Below, piece after piece: positions 27,101 to 42,100 of a stretch of 64,000 nucleotides of DNA. The first letter of the stretch is position 1, and each line of letters starts with the position of its first letter. Under the pieces are notes generated by a model that saw only the letters and a list, made by a program, of their open reading frames with translations, did no database searches and had not been told where the DNA came from. Source of the DNA: Minutocellus sp. GHC0000111 (Eukaryota); assembly GCA_977018835.1 (NCBI GenBank), contig OZ361257.1, positions 4,712,001-4,776,000 of the forward strand, written 5' to 3'. The position numbers and the translations under genes are program-made.

Positions 27101-30100
27101 GCTCCGGTTAGGAGCGCCCTAGCTTTCCCAACGCTGCTGGCGACGCCCACACCACCCACAAAGATGAGTGCTTTGGCCGAAGTACAATCACTGGACACTG
27201 CTCACCACATGCATTCCTTGCTGCTCTCACATGGCAATGAATGGAACAGAAGCTTTGGTAGAGATCAGGGTGCTGCCATGGTCAAATATGAGTTGCTCCA
27301 GTTAGGACAGCCCTAACTTCCCCAACGCTGCTGGCGACACCCACACCACCCACAAAGATGCGTGCTTTGGCTGCAGTGCAATCACAGGACACTGCTCACC
27401 ACATGCATTCCTTGCTGCTCTCACATGGCAATTAATGGAACGTAAGCTTTGGTAGAGATCAGGGTGCTCCTATGGTCAAATGTGAGTTGCTCCAGTTAGG
27501 AGCGCCATGGCTTTCCCAACGCTGCTGGCGACGCCCCCACCACCCACAAAGATGAGTGCTTTGGCTGCGGTGCAATCACTGGACACTGCTCACCACATGC
27601 ATTCCTTGCTGCTCTCACATGGCAATGAACGGAACATAAGCTTTGGTAGAGATCAGGGTGCTCCTAAGGTCAAATGTGAGTTGCTCCAGTTAGGAGCGCC
27701 CTGATTTTCCCAACGCTGCTGGCGACGCCCACACCACCCACAAAGATGAGTGCTTTGGCTGCAGTGCAATCACAGGACACTGCTCACCACATGCATTCCT
27801 TGCTGCTCTCACATGGCAATGAATGGAACACAAGCTTTGGTAGAGATCAGGGTGCTCCTATGGTCAAATGTGAGTTGCCCCAGTTAGGAGCGCCCTAGTT
27901 GTCCCAACGCTTCTGCTGGCGATGCCCACGCCATCCAAAAAGATGAGTGCTTTGGCTGCAGTGCAATCACAGGACACTGCTCACCACATGCATTTCTTGC
28001 TGCTCTCACATGGCAATGAATGGAGCATAAGCTTTGGTAGAGATCAGGGCACTCCTATGGTCAAACATGAGTTGCTCCAGTTAGGAGCGCCCTAGTTTTC
28101 CCAACGCTGCTGGCGACACCCACACCACCCACAAAGATGCGTGCTTTGGCTGCAGTGCAATCACAGGACACTGCTCAACACATGCATTCCTTGCTGCTCT
28201 CACATGGCAATGAATGGAACATAAGCTTTGGTAGAGATCAGGGTGCTGCTATGGTCAAATGTGAGTTGCCCCAGTTAGGAGCGCCCTAGTTGTCCCAACG
28301 CTGCTGCTGGCGATGCCCACGCCACCAACATAGATGAGTGCTTTGGCTGCAGTGCAATCACTGGACACTGCTCACCACATGCATTTCTTGCGAGGAGCGC
28401 CCTGGCTTTCCTAACGCTGCTGGCGACCACACACCACCCACAAAGATGCGTGCTTTGGCTGCAGTGCAATCACTGGACACTGCTCACCACATGCATTTCT
28501 TGCTGCTCTCACATGGCAATGAATGGAACATAAGCTTTGGTAGAGATCAGGGTGCTCCTATTGTTGATGTTAGTTGCTCCAGTTAGGAGCGCCCTGATTT
28601 TCCCAACGCTGCTGTTGACGCCCACACCACCCACAAAGATGAGTGCTTTGGCTGCAGTGCAATCACAGGACACTGCTCACCACATGCATTCCTTGCTGCT
28701 CTCACATGGCAATGAATGGAACACAAGCTTTGGTAGAGATCAGGGTGCTCCTGTGGTCAAACATGGGTTGCTCCAGCAAGCAGCGCCCTGATTTTCCCAA
28801 CACTGCTGGCGACACCCACACCACCCACAAAGATGAGTGCTTTGGCTGCAGTGCAACCACAGGACACTGCTCACCACATGCATTCCTTGCTGCTCTCACA
28901 AGGCAATGAATGGAACATAAGCTTTGGTAGAGATCAGGGTGCTCCTATGGTCAAATGTGAGTTGATCCAGTTAGGACAGCCCTAACTTTCCCAACGCTGC
29001 TGGCGACGCCCACACCACCCACAAAGATGAGTGCTTTGGCTGCAGTGCAATCACAGGACACTGCTCACCACATGCATTTCTTGCTGCTCTCACATTGTAA
29101 TGAATGGAGCATAAGCTTTGGTAGAGATCAGGGTGCTCCTATGGTCAAACATGAGTTGCTCCAGTTAGGAGCGCCCTAGCTTTCCCAACGCTGCTGGTGA
29201 CGCCCACATCCCCCCCACAAAGATGCGTGCTCTGGCTGCAGTGCAACCACAGGACACTGCTCACCACATGCATTCCTTGCTGCTCTCACATGGCAATGAA
29301 TGGAACATAAGCTTTGGTAGAGATCAGGGTGCTGCTATGGTCAAATATGAGTTGCTCCAGTAATTAGCGCCCTGCTTTTCCCAACGCTGCTGGCGACGCC
29401 CACACCACCCACAAAGATGAGTGCTTTGGCTGCAGTGCAATCACAGGACACTGCTCACCACATGCATTCCTTGCTGCTCTCACATGGCAATGAATGGAAC
29501 ATAAGCTTTGGTAGAGATCAGGGTGCTGCTATGGTCAAACATGAATTGCTCCAGTTAGGAGCGCCCTAGTTTTCCCAACGCTGCTGGCGACGCCCACACC
29601 ACCCACAAAGATGCGTGCTTTGGCTGCAGTGCAATCACAGGACACTGCTCACCACATGCATTCCTTGCTGCTCTCACATGGCAATGAATGGAACATAAGC
29701 TTTGGTAGAGATCAGGGTGCTCCTATTATTGATGTGAGTTGCTCCAGTTAGGAGCGCCCTAGCTTTGGTAGAGATCAGGGTGCTGCCATGGTCAAATATG
29801 AGTTGCTCCAGTTAGGAGCGCCCTAGCTTTCCCAACGCTGCTGGCGACGCCCACACCACCCACAAAGATGCGTGCTTTGGCTGCAGTGCAATCACTGGAC
29901 ACTGCTCAACACATGCATTCGTTGCTGCTCTCACATGGCAATGAATGGAACATAAGCTTTGGAAGAGATCAGGGTGCTGCTATGGTCAAACATGAATTGC
30001 TCCAGTTAGGAGCGCCCAAGATAGTTTGTCCAACGCTGCTGGCGACGCCCCCACCACCCACAAAGATGAGTGCTTTGGCTGCAGTGCAATCACAGGACAC

Positions 30101-33100
30101 TGCTCAACACATGCATTCCTTGCTGCTCTCACATGGCAATGAATGGAACATAAGCTTTGGTAGAGATCAGGGTGCTCCTATGGTCAAATGTGAGTTGATC
30201 CAGTTAGGACAGCCCTAACTTTCCCAACGCTGCTGGCGACGCCCACACCACCCACAAAGATGCGTGCTTTGGCTGCAGTGCAATCACAGGACACTGCTCA
30301 CCACATGCATTCCTTGCTGCTCTCACATGGCAATGAATGGAACATAAGCTTTGGTAGAGATCAGGGTGCTGCCATGGTCAAATATGAGTTGCTCCAGTTA
30401 GGAGCGCCCTAGCTTTCCCAACGCTGCTGGCGACGCCCACACCACCCACAAAGATGCGTGCTTTGGCTGCAGTGCAATCACTGGACACTGCTCACCACAT
30501 GCATTCGTTGCTGCTCTCACATGGCAATGAATGGAACACAAGCTTTGGTAGAGATAAGGGTGCTCCTGTGGTCAAACATGGGTTGCTCCAGCAAGCAGCG
30601 CCCTGATTTTCCCAACGCTGCTGGCGACGCCCACACCACCCACAAAGATGAGTGCTTTGGCTGCAGTGCAATCACAGGACACTGCTCACCACATGCATTC
30701 GTTGCTGCTCTCACATGGCAATGAATGGAACATAAGCTTTGGAAGAGATCAGGGTGCTGCTATGGTCAAACATGAATTGCTCCAGTTAGGAGCGCCCTAG
30801 ATAGTTTGTCCAACGCTGCTGGCGACGCCCCCACCACCCACAAAGATGAGTGCTTTGGCTGCAGTGCAATCACAGGACACTGCTCAACACATGCATTCCT
30901 TGCTGCTCTCACATGGCAATGAATGGAACATAAGCTTTGGTAGATATCAGGGTGCTCCTATGGTCAAATGTGAGTTGCTCTATTAAGGAGCGCCCTGCTT
31001 TTCCCAACGCTGCTGGCGACGCCCACACCACCCACAAAGATGAGTGCTTTGGCTGCAGTGCAATCACAGGACACTGCTCACCACATGCATTCCTTGCTGC
31101 TCTCACATGGCAATGAATGGAACATAAGCTTTGGTAGAGATCAGGGTGCTGCTATGGTCAAACATGAATTGCTCCAGTTAGGAGCGCAATAGTTTTCCCA
31201 ACGATGCTGGCGACGCCCACACCACCCACAAAGATGAGTGCTTTGGCTGCAGTGCAATCACAGGACACTGCTCACCACATGCATTCCTTGCTGCTCTCAC
31301 ATGGCAATGAATGGAACATAAGCTTTGGTAGAGATCAGGGTGCTCCTATGGTCAAACATGAATTGCTCCAGTTAGGAGCGCCCTAGATAGTTTGTCCAAC
31401 GCTGCTGGCGACGCCCCCACCACCCACAAAGATGAGTGCTTTGGCTGCAGTGCAATCACAGGACACTGCTCAACACATGCATTCGTTGCTGATCTCACAT
31501 GGCAATGAATGGAACATAAGCTTTGGAAGAGATCAGGGTGCTGCTATGGTCAAACATGAATTGCTCCAGTTAGGAGCGCCCTAGATAGTTTGTCCAACGC
31601 TGCTGGCGACGCCCACACCACCCACAAAGATGAGTGCTTTGGCTGCAGTGCAATCACAGGACACTGCTCAACACATGCATTCCTTGCTGCTCTCACATGG
31701 CAATGAATGGAACATAAGCTTTGGTAGAGATCAGGGTGCTCCTATGGTCAAATGTGAGTTGATCCAGTTAGGACAGCCCTAACTTTCCCAACGCTGCTGG
31801 CGACGCCCACACCACCCACAAAGATGCGTGCTTTGGCTGCAGTGCAATCACAGGACACTGCTCACCACATGCATTCCTTGCTGCTCTCACATGGCAATGA
31901 ATGGAACATAAGCTTTGGTAGAGATCAGGGTGCTTCTATGGTCAAATGTGAGTTGCTCCAGTTAGGAGCGCCCTGGCTTTCCCAACGCTGCTGGCGACGC
32001 CCACACCACCCACAAAGATGCGTGCTTTGGCTGCAGTGCAATCACTGGACACTGCTCACCACATGCATTCCTTGCTGCTCTCACATGGCAATGAATGGAA
32101 CATAAGCTTTGGTAGAGATCAGGGTGCTGCCATGGTCAAATATGAGTTGCTCCAGTTAGGAGCGCCCTAGCTTTCCCAACGCTGCTGGCGACGCCCACAC
32201 CACCCACAAAGATGCGTGCTTTGGCTGCAGTGCAATCACTGGACACTGCTCACCACATGCATTCGTTGCTGCTCTCACATGGCAATGAATGGAACACAAG
32301 CTTTGGTAGAGATAAGGGTGCTCCTGTGGTCAAACATGGGTTGCTCCAGCAAGCAGCGCCCTGATTTTCCCAACGCTGCTGGCGACGCCCACACCACCCA
32401 CAAAGATGAGTGCTTTGGCTGCAGTGCAATCACTGGACACTGCTCACCACATGCATTCCTTGCTGCTCTCACATGGCAATGAATGGAACATAAGCTTTGG
32501 TAGATATCAGGGTGCTCCTATGGTCAAATGTGAGTTGCTCTAGTTAGGAGCGCCCTAGCTTTCCCAACGCTGCTGGTGACGCCCACACCACCCACAAAGA
32601 TACGTGCTTTGGCTGCAGTGCAATCACAAGACACTGCTCACCACATGCATTCCTTGCTGCTCTCACATGGCAATGAATGGAACATAAGCTTTGGTAGAGA
32701 TCAGGGTGCTGCTATGGTCAAATGTGAGTTGCTCCGGTTAGGAGCGCCCTAGCTTTCCCAACGCTGCTGGCGACGCCCACACCACCCACAAAGATGAGTG
32801 CTTTGGCCGAAGTACAATCACTGGACACTGCTCACCACATGCATTCCTTGCTGCTCTCACATGGCAATGAATGGAACAGAAGCTTTGGTAGAGATCAGGG
32901 TGCTGCCACGGTCAAATATGAGTTGCTCCAGTTAGGACAGCCCTAACTTCCCCAACGCTGCTGGCGACACCCACACCACCCACAAAGATGCGTGCTTTGG
33001 CTGCAGTGCAATCACAGGACACTGCTCACCACATGCATTCCTTGCTGCTCTCACATGGCAATTAATGGAACGTAAGCTTTGGTAGAGATCAGGGTGCTCC

Positions 33101-36100
33101 TATGGTCAAATGTGAGTTGCTCCAGTTAGGAGCGCCATGGCTTTCCCAACGCTGCTGGCGACGCCCCCACCACCCACAAAGATGAGTGCTTTGGCTGCGG
33201 TGCAATCACTGGACACTGCTCACCACATGCATTCCTTGCTGCTCTCACATGGCAATGAACGGAACATAAGCTTTGGTAGAGATCAGGGTGCTCCTAAGGT
33301 CAAATGTGAGTTGCTCCAGTTAGGAGCGCCCTGATTTTCCCAACGCTGCTGGCGACGCCCACACCACCCACAAAGATGAGTGCTTTGGCTGCAGTGCAAT
33401 CACAGGACACTGCTCACCACATGCATTCCTTGCTGCTCTCACATGGCAATGAATGGAACACAAGCTTTGGTAGAGATCAGGGTGCTCCTATGGTCAAATG
33501 TGAGTTGCCCCAGTTAGGAGCGCCCTAGTTGTCCCAACGCTTCTGCTGGCGATGCCCACGCCATCCAAAAAGATGAGTGCTTTGGCTGCAGTGCAATCAC
33601 AGGACACTGCTCACCACATGCATTCCTTGCTGCTCTCACATGGCAATTAATGGAACGTAAGCTTTGGTAGAGATCAGGGTGCTCCTATGGTCAAATATGA
33701 GTTGCTCCAGTAAGGAGCGCCCTGCTTTTCCCAACGCTGCTGGCGACGCCCACACCACCCACAAAGATGAGTGCTTTGGCTGCAGTGCAATCACAGGACA
33801 CTGCTCACCACATGCATTCCTTGCTGCTCTCACATGGCAATGAATGGAACATAAGCTTTGGTAGAGATCAGGGTGCTGCTATGGTCAAACATGAATTGCT
33901 CCAGTTAGGAGCGCAATAGTTTTCCCAACGATGCTGGCGACGCCCACACCACCCACAAAGATGAGTGCTTTGGCTGCAGTGCAATCACAGGACACTGCTC
34001 ACCACATGCATTCCTTGCTGCTCTCACATGGCAATGAATGGAACATAAGCTTTGGTAGAGATCAGGGTGCTCCTATGGTCAAATGTGAGTTGATCCAGTT
34101 AGGACAGCCCTAACTTTCCCAACGCTGCTGGCGACGCCCACACCACCCACAAAGATGCGTGCTTTGGCTGCAGTGCAATCACAGGACACTGCTCACCACA
34201 TGCATTCCTTGCTGCTCTCACATGGCAATGAATGGAACATAAGCTTTGGTAGAGATCAGGGTGCTCCTATGGTCAAATGTGAGTTGCTCCAGTTAGGAGC
34301 GCCCTGGCTTTCCCAACGCTGCTGGCGACGCCCACACCACCCACAAAGATGCGTGCTTTGGCTGCAGTGCAATCACAGGACACTGCTCACCACATGCATT
34401 CCTTGCTGCTCTCACATGGCAATGAATGGAACATAAGCTTTGGAAGAGATCAGGGTGCTGCTATGGTCAAACATGAATTGCTCCAGTTAGGAGCGCCCTA
34501 GATAGTTTGTCCAACGCTGCTGGCGACGCCCCCACCACCCACAAAGATGAGTGCTTTGGCTGCAGTGCAATCACAGGACACTGCTCAACACATGCATTCC
34601 TTGCTGCTCTCACATGGCAATTAATGGAACATAAGCTTTGGTAGAGATCAGGGTGCTTCTATGGTCAAATGTGAGTTGCTCCAGTTAGGAGCGCCCTGGC
34701 TTTCCCAACGCTGCTGGCGACGCCCACACCACCCACAAAGATGCGTGCTTTGGCTGCAGTGCAATCACTGGACACTGCTCACCACATGCATTCCTTGCTG
34801 CTCTCACATGGCAATGAATGGAACATAAGCTTTGGTAGAGATCAGGGTGCTGCCATGGTCAAATATGAGTTGCTCCAGTTAGGAGCGCCCTAGCTTTCCC
34901 AACGCTGCTGGCGACGCCCACACCACCCACAAAGATGCGTGCTTTGGCTGCAGTGCAATCACTGGACACTGCTCACCACATGCATTCGTTGCTGCTCTCA
35001 CATGGCAATGAATGGAACACAAGCTTTGGTAGAGATCAGGGTGCTGCCATGGTCAAATATGAGTTGCTCCAGTTAGGAGCGCCCTAGCTTTCCCAACGCT
35101 GCTGGCGACGCCCACACCACCCACAAAGATGCGTGCTTTGGCTGCAGTGCAATCACTGGACACTGCTCAACACATGCATTCGTTGCTGCTCTCACATGGC
35201 AATGAATGGAACATAAGCTTTGGAAGAGATCAGGGTGCTGCTATGGTCAAACATGAATTGCTCCAGTTAGGAGCGCCCAAGATAGTTTGTCCAACGCTGC
35301 TGGCGACGCCCCCACCACCCACAAAGATGAGTGCTTTGGCTGCAGTGCAATCACAGGACACTGCTCAACACATGCATTCCTTGCTGCTCTCACATGGCAA
35401 TGAATGGAACATAAGCTTTGGTAGAGATCAGGGTGCTCCTATGGTCAAATGTGAGTTGATCCAGTTAGGACAGCCCTAACTTTCCCAACGCTGCTGGCGA
35501 CGCCCACACCACCCACAAAGATGCGTGCTTTGGCTGCAGTGCAATCACAGGACACTGCTCACCACATGCATTCCTTGCTGCTCTCACATGGCAATGAATG
35601 GAACATAAGCTTTGGTAGAGATCAGGGTGCTGCCATGGTCAAATATGAGTTGCTCCAGTTAGGAGCGCCCTAGCTTTCCCAACGCTGCTGGCGACGCCCA
35701 CACCACCCACAAAGATGCGTGCTTTGGCTGCAGTGCAATCACTGGACACTGCTCACCACATGCATTCGTTGCTGCTCTCACATGGCAATGAATGGAACAC
35801 AAGCTTTGGTAGAGATAAGGGTGCTCCTGTGGTCAAACATGGGTTGCTCCAGCAAGCAGCGCCCTGATTTTCCCAACGCTGCTGGCGACGCCCACACCAC
35901 CCACAAAGATGAGTGCTTTGGCTGCAGTGCAATCACAGGACACTGCTCACCACATGCATTCGTTGCTGCTCTCACATGGCAATGAATGGAACATAAGCTT
36001 TGGAAGAGATCAGGGTGCTGCTATGGTCAAACATGAATTGCTCCAGTTAGGAGCGCCCTAGATAGTTTGTCCAACGCTGCTGGCGACGCCCCCACCACCC

Positions 36101-39100
36101 ACAAAGATGAGTGCTTTGGCTGCAGTGCAATCACAGGACACTGCTCAACACATGCATTCCTTGCTGCTCTCACATGGCAATGAATGGAACATAAGCTTTG
36201 GTAGATATCAGGGTGCTCCTATGGTCAAATGTGAGTTGCTCTATTAAGGAGCGCCCTGCTTTTCCCAACGCTGCTGGCGACGCCCACACCACCCACAAAG
36301 ATGAGTGCTTTGGCTGCAGTGCAATCACAGGACACTGCTCACCACATGCATTCCTTGCTGCTCTCACATGGCAATGAATGGAACATAAGCTTTGGTAGAG
36401 ATCAGGGTGCTGCTATGGTCAAACATGAATTGCTCCAGTTAGGAGCGCAATAGTTTTCCCAACGATGCTGGCGACGCCCACACCACCCACAAAGATGAGT
36501 GCTTTGGCTGCAGTGCAATCACAGGACACTGCTCACCACATGCATTCCTTGCTGCTCTCACATGGCAATGAATGGAACATAAGCTTTGGTAGAGATCAGG
36601 GTGCTCCTATGGTCAAACATGAATTGCTCCAGTTAGGAGCGCCCTAGATAGTTTGTCCAACGCTGCTGGCGACGCCCCCACCACCCACAAAGATGAGTGC
36701 TTTGGCTGCAGTGCAATCACAGGACACTGCTCAACACATGCATTCGTTGCTGATCTCACATGGCAATGAATGGAACATAAGCTTTGGAAGAGATCAGGGT
36801 GCTGCTATGGTCAAACATGAATTGCTCCAGTTAGGAGCGCCCTAGATAGTTTGTCCAACGCTGCTGGCGACGCCCACACCACCCACAAAGATGAGTGCTT
36901 TGGCTGCAGTGCAATCACAGGACACTGCTCAACACATGCATTCCTTGCTGCTCTCACATGGCAATGAATGGAACATAAGCTTTGGTAGAGATCAGGGTGC
37001 TCCTATGGTCAAATGTGAGTTGATCCAGTTAGGACAGCCCTAACTTTCCCAACGCTGCTGGCGACGCCCACACCACCCACAAAGATGCGTGCTTTGGCTG
37101 CAGTGCAATCACAGGACACTGCTCACCACATGCATTCCTTGCTGCTCTCACATGGCAATGAATGGAACATAAGCTTTGGTAGAGATCAGGGTGCTTCTAT
37201 GGTCAAATGTGAGTTGCTCCAGTTAGGAGCGCCCTGGCTTTCCCAACGCTGCTGGCGACGCCCACACCACCCACAAAGATGCGTGCTTTGGCTGCAGTGC
37301 AATCACTGGACACTGCTCACCACATGCATTCCTTGCTGCTCTCACATGGCAATGAATGGAACATAAGCTTTGGTAGAGATCAGGGTGCTGCCATGGTCAA
37401 ATATGAGTTGCTCCAGTTAGGAGCGCCCTAGCTTTCCCAACGCTGCTGGCGACGCCCACACCACCCACAAAGATGCGTGCTTTGGCTGCAGTGCAATCAC
37501 TGGACACTGCTCACCACATGCATTCGTTGCTGCTCTCACATGGCAATGAATGGAACACAAGCTTTGGTAGAGATAAGGGTGCTCCTGTGGTCAAACATGG
37601 GTTGCTCCAGCAAGCAGCGCCCTGATTTTCCCAACGCTGCTGGCGACGCCCACACCACCCACAAAGATGAGTGCTTTGGCTGCAGTGCAATCACTGGACA
37701 CTGCTCACCACATGCATTCCTTGCTGCTCTCACATGGCAATGAATGGAACATAAGCTTTGGTAGATATCAGGGTGCTCCTATGGTCAAATGTGAGTTGCT
37801 CTAGTTAGGAGCGCCCTAGCTTTCCCAACGCTGCTGGTGACGCCCACACCACCCACAAAGATACGTGCTTTGGCTGCAGTGCAATCACAAGACACTGCTC
37901 ACCACATGCATTCCTTGCTGCTCTCACATGGCAATGAATGGAACATAAGCTTTGGTAGAGATCAGGGTGCTGCTATGGTCAAATGTGAGTTGCTCCGGTT
38001 AGGAGCGCCCTAGCTTTCCCAACGCTGCTGGCGACGCCCACACCACCCACAAAGATGAGTGCTTTGGCCGAAGTACAATCACTGGACACTGCTCACCACA
38101 TGCATTCCTTGCTGCTCTCACATGGCAATGAATGGAACAGAAGCTTTGGTAGAGATCAGGGTGCTGCCACGGTCAAATATGAGTTGCTCCAGTTAGGACA
38201 GCCCTAACTTCCCCAACGCTGCTGGCGACACCCACACCACCCACAAAGATGCGTGCTTTGGCTGCAGTGCAATCACAGGACACTGCTCACCACATGCATT
38301 CCTTGCTGCTCTCACATGGCAATTAATGGAACGTAAGCTTTGGTAGAGATCAGGGTGCTCCTATGGTCAAATGTGAGTTGCTCCAGTTAGGAGCGCCATG
38401 GCTTTCCCAACGCTGCTGGCGACGCCCCCACCACCCACAAAGATGAGTGCTTTGGCTGCGGTGCAATCACTGGACACTGCTCACCACATGCATTCCTTGC
38501 TGCTCTCACATGGCAATGAACGGAACATAAGCTTTGGTAGAGATCAGGGTGCTCCTAAGGTCAAATGTGAGTTGCTCCAGTTAGGAGCGCCCTGATTTTC
38601 CCAACGCTGCTGGCGACGCCCACACCACCCACAAAGATGAGTGCTTTGGCTGCAGTGCAATCACAGGACACTGCTCACCACATGCATTCCTTGCTGCTCT
38701 CACATGGCAATGAATGGAACACAGGCTTTGGTAGAGATCAGGGTGCTCCTATGGTCAAATGTGAGTTGCCCCAGTTAGGAGCGCCCTAGTTGTCCCAACG
38801 CTTCTGCTGGCGATGCCCACGCCATCCAAAAAGATGAGTGCTTTGGCTGCAGTGCAATCACAGGACACTGCTCACCACATGCATTTCTTGCTGCTCTCAC
38901 ATGGCAATGAATGGAGCACAAGCTTTGGTAGAGATCAGGGCACTCCTATGGTCAAACATGAGTTACTCCAGTTAGGAGCGCCCTAGTTTTCCCAACGCTG
39001 CTGGCGACACCCACACCACCCACAAAGATGCGTGCTTTGGCTGCAGTGCAATCACAGGACACTGCTCAACACATGCATTCCTTGCTGCTCTCACATGGCA

Positions 39101-42100
39101 ATGAATGGAACATAAGCTTTGGTAGAGATCAGGGTGCTCCTATGGTCAAATGTGAGTTGCCCCAGTTAGGAGCGCCCTAGTTGTCCCAACGCTTCTGCTG
39201 GCGACGCCCACGCCACCCACGAAGATGAGTGCTTTGGCTGCAGTGCAATCACAGGACACTGCTCACCACATGCATTTCTTGCTGCTCTCACATGGCAATG
39301 AATGGAACATAAGCTTCCTGGCGACGCCAACACCACCCACAAAGATGCGTGCTTTGGCTGCAGTGCAATCACTGGACACTGCTCACCACATGCATTCCTT
39401 GCTGCTCTCACATGGCAATGAATGGAACACAAGCTTTGGTAGAGATCAGGGTGCTCCTGTGGTCAAACATGGGTTGCTCCAGCAAGCAGCGCCCTGATTT
39501 TCCCAACGCTGCTGGCGACGCCCACACCACCCACAAAGATGCGTGCTTTGGCTGCAGTGCAACCACAGGACACTGCTCACCACATGCATTCCTTGCTGCT
39601 CTCACATGGCAATGAATGGAACATAAGCTTTGGTAGATATCAGGGTGCTCCTATGGTCAAATGTGAGTTGCTCCAGTTAGGAGCGCCCTAGCTTTCCCAA
39701 CGCTGCTGGTGACGCCCACACCACCCACAAAGATGCGTGCTTTGGCTGCAGTGCAATCACAGGACACTGCTCACCACATGCATTCGTTGCTGCTCTCACA
39801 TGGCAATGAATGGAACATAAGCTTTGGAAGAGATCAGGGTGCTGCTATGGTCAAACATGAATTGCTCCAGTTAGGAGCGCCCTAGATAGTTTGTCCAACG
39901 CTGCTGGCGACGCCCCCACCACCCACAAAGATGAGTGCTTTGGCTGCAGTGCAATCACAGGACACTGCTCACCACATGCATTCCTTGCTGCTCTCACATG
40001 GCAATGAATGGAACATAAGCTTTGGTAGATATCAGGGTGCTCCTATGGTCAAATGTGAGTTGCTCTATTAAGGAGCGCCCTGCTTTTCCCAACGCTGCTG
40101 GCGACGCCCACACCACCCACAAAGATGAGTGCTTTGGCTGCAGTGCAATCACAGGACACTGCTCACCACATGCATTCCTTGCTGCTCTCACATGGCAATG
40201 AATGGAACATAAGCTTTGGTAGAGATCAGGGTGCTGCTATGGTCAAACATGAATTGCTCCAGTTAGGAGCGCAATAGTTTTCCCAACGATGCTGGCGACG
40301 CCCACACCACCCACAAAGATGAGTGCTTTGGCTGCAGTGCAATCACAGGACACTGCTCACCACATGCATTCCTTGCTGCTCTCACATGGCAATGAATGGA
40401 ACATAAGCTTTGGTAGAGATCAGGGTGCTCCTATGGTCAAACATGAATTGCTCCAGTTAGGAGCGCCCTAGAAAGTTTGTCCAACGCTGCTGGCGACGCC
40501 CCCACCACCCACAAAGATGAGTGCTTTGGCTGCAGTGCAATCACAGGACACTGCTCAACACATGCATTCGTTGCTGATCTCACATGGCAATGAATGGAAC
40601 ATAAGCTTTGGAAGAGATCAGGGTGCTGCTATGGTCAAACATGAATTGCTCCAGTTAGGAGCGCCCTAGATAGTTTGTCCAACGCTGCTGGCGACGCCCA
40701 CACCACCCACAAAGATGAGTGCTTTGGCTGCAGTGCAATCACAGGACACTGCTCAACACATGCATTCCTTGCTGCTCTCACATGGCAATGAATGGAACAT
40801 AAGCTTTGGTAGAGATCAGGGTGCTCCTATGGTCAAATGTGAGTTGATCCAGTTAGGACAGCCCTAACTTTCCCAACGCTGCTGGCGACGCCCACACCAC
40901 CCACAAAGATGCGTGCTTTGGCTGCAGTGCAATCACAGGACACTGCTCACCACATGCATTCCTTGCTGCTCTCACATGGCAATGAATGGAACATAAGCTT
41001 TGGTAGAGATCAGGGTGCTTCTATGGTCAAATGTGAGTTGCTCCAGTTAGGAGCGCCCTGGCTTTCCCAACGCTGCTGGCGACACCCACACCACCCACAA
41101 AGATGCGTGCTTTGGCTGCAGTGCAATCACAGGACACTGCTCACCACATGCATTCCTTGCTGCTCTCACATGGCAATGAATGGAACATAAGCTTTGGTAG
41201 AGATCAGGGTGCTGCCATGGTCAAATATGAGTTGCTCCAGTTAGGAGCGCCCTAGCTTTCCCAACGCTGCTGGCGACGCCCACACCACCCACAAAGATGC
41301 GTGCTTTGGCTGCAGTGCAATCACTGGACACTGCTCACCACATGCATTCGTTGCTGCTCTCACATGGCAATGAATGGAACACAAGCTTTGGTAGAGATAA
41401 GGGTGCTCCTGTGGTCAAACATGGGTTGCTCCAGCAAGCAGCGCCCTGATTTTCCCAACGCTGCTGGCGACGCCCACACCACCCACAAAGATGAGTGCTT
41501 TGGCTGCAGTGCAATCACTGGACACTGCTCACCACATGCATTCCTTGCTGCTCTCACATGGCAATGAATGGAACATAAGCTTTGGTAGATATCAGGGTGC
41601 TCCTATGGTCAAATGTGAGTTGCTCTAGTTAGGAGCGCCCTAGCTTTCCCAACGCTGCTGGTGACGCCCACACCACCCACAAAGATACGTGCTTTGGCTG
41701 CAGTGCAATCACAAGACACTGCTCACCACATGCATTCCTTGCTGCTCTCACATGGCAATGAATGGAACATAAGCTTTGGTAGAGATCAGGGTGCTGCTAT
41801 GGTCAAATGTGAGTTGCTCCGGTTAGGAGCGCCCTAGCTTTCCCAACGCTGCTGGCGACGCCCACACCACCCACAAAGATGAGTGCTTTGGCCGAAGTAC
41901 AATCACTGGACACTGCTCACCACATGCATTCCTTGCTGCTCTCACATGGCAATGAATGGAACAGAAGCTTTGGTAGAGATCAGGGTGCTGCCATGGTCAA
42001 ATATGAGTTGCTCCAGTTAGGACAGCCCTAACTTCCCCAACGCTGCTGGCGACACCCACACCACCCACAAAGATGCGTGCTTTGGCTGCAGTGCAATCAC

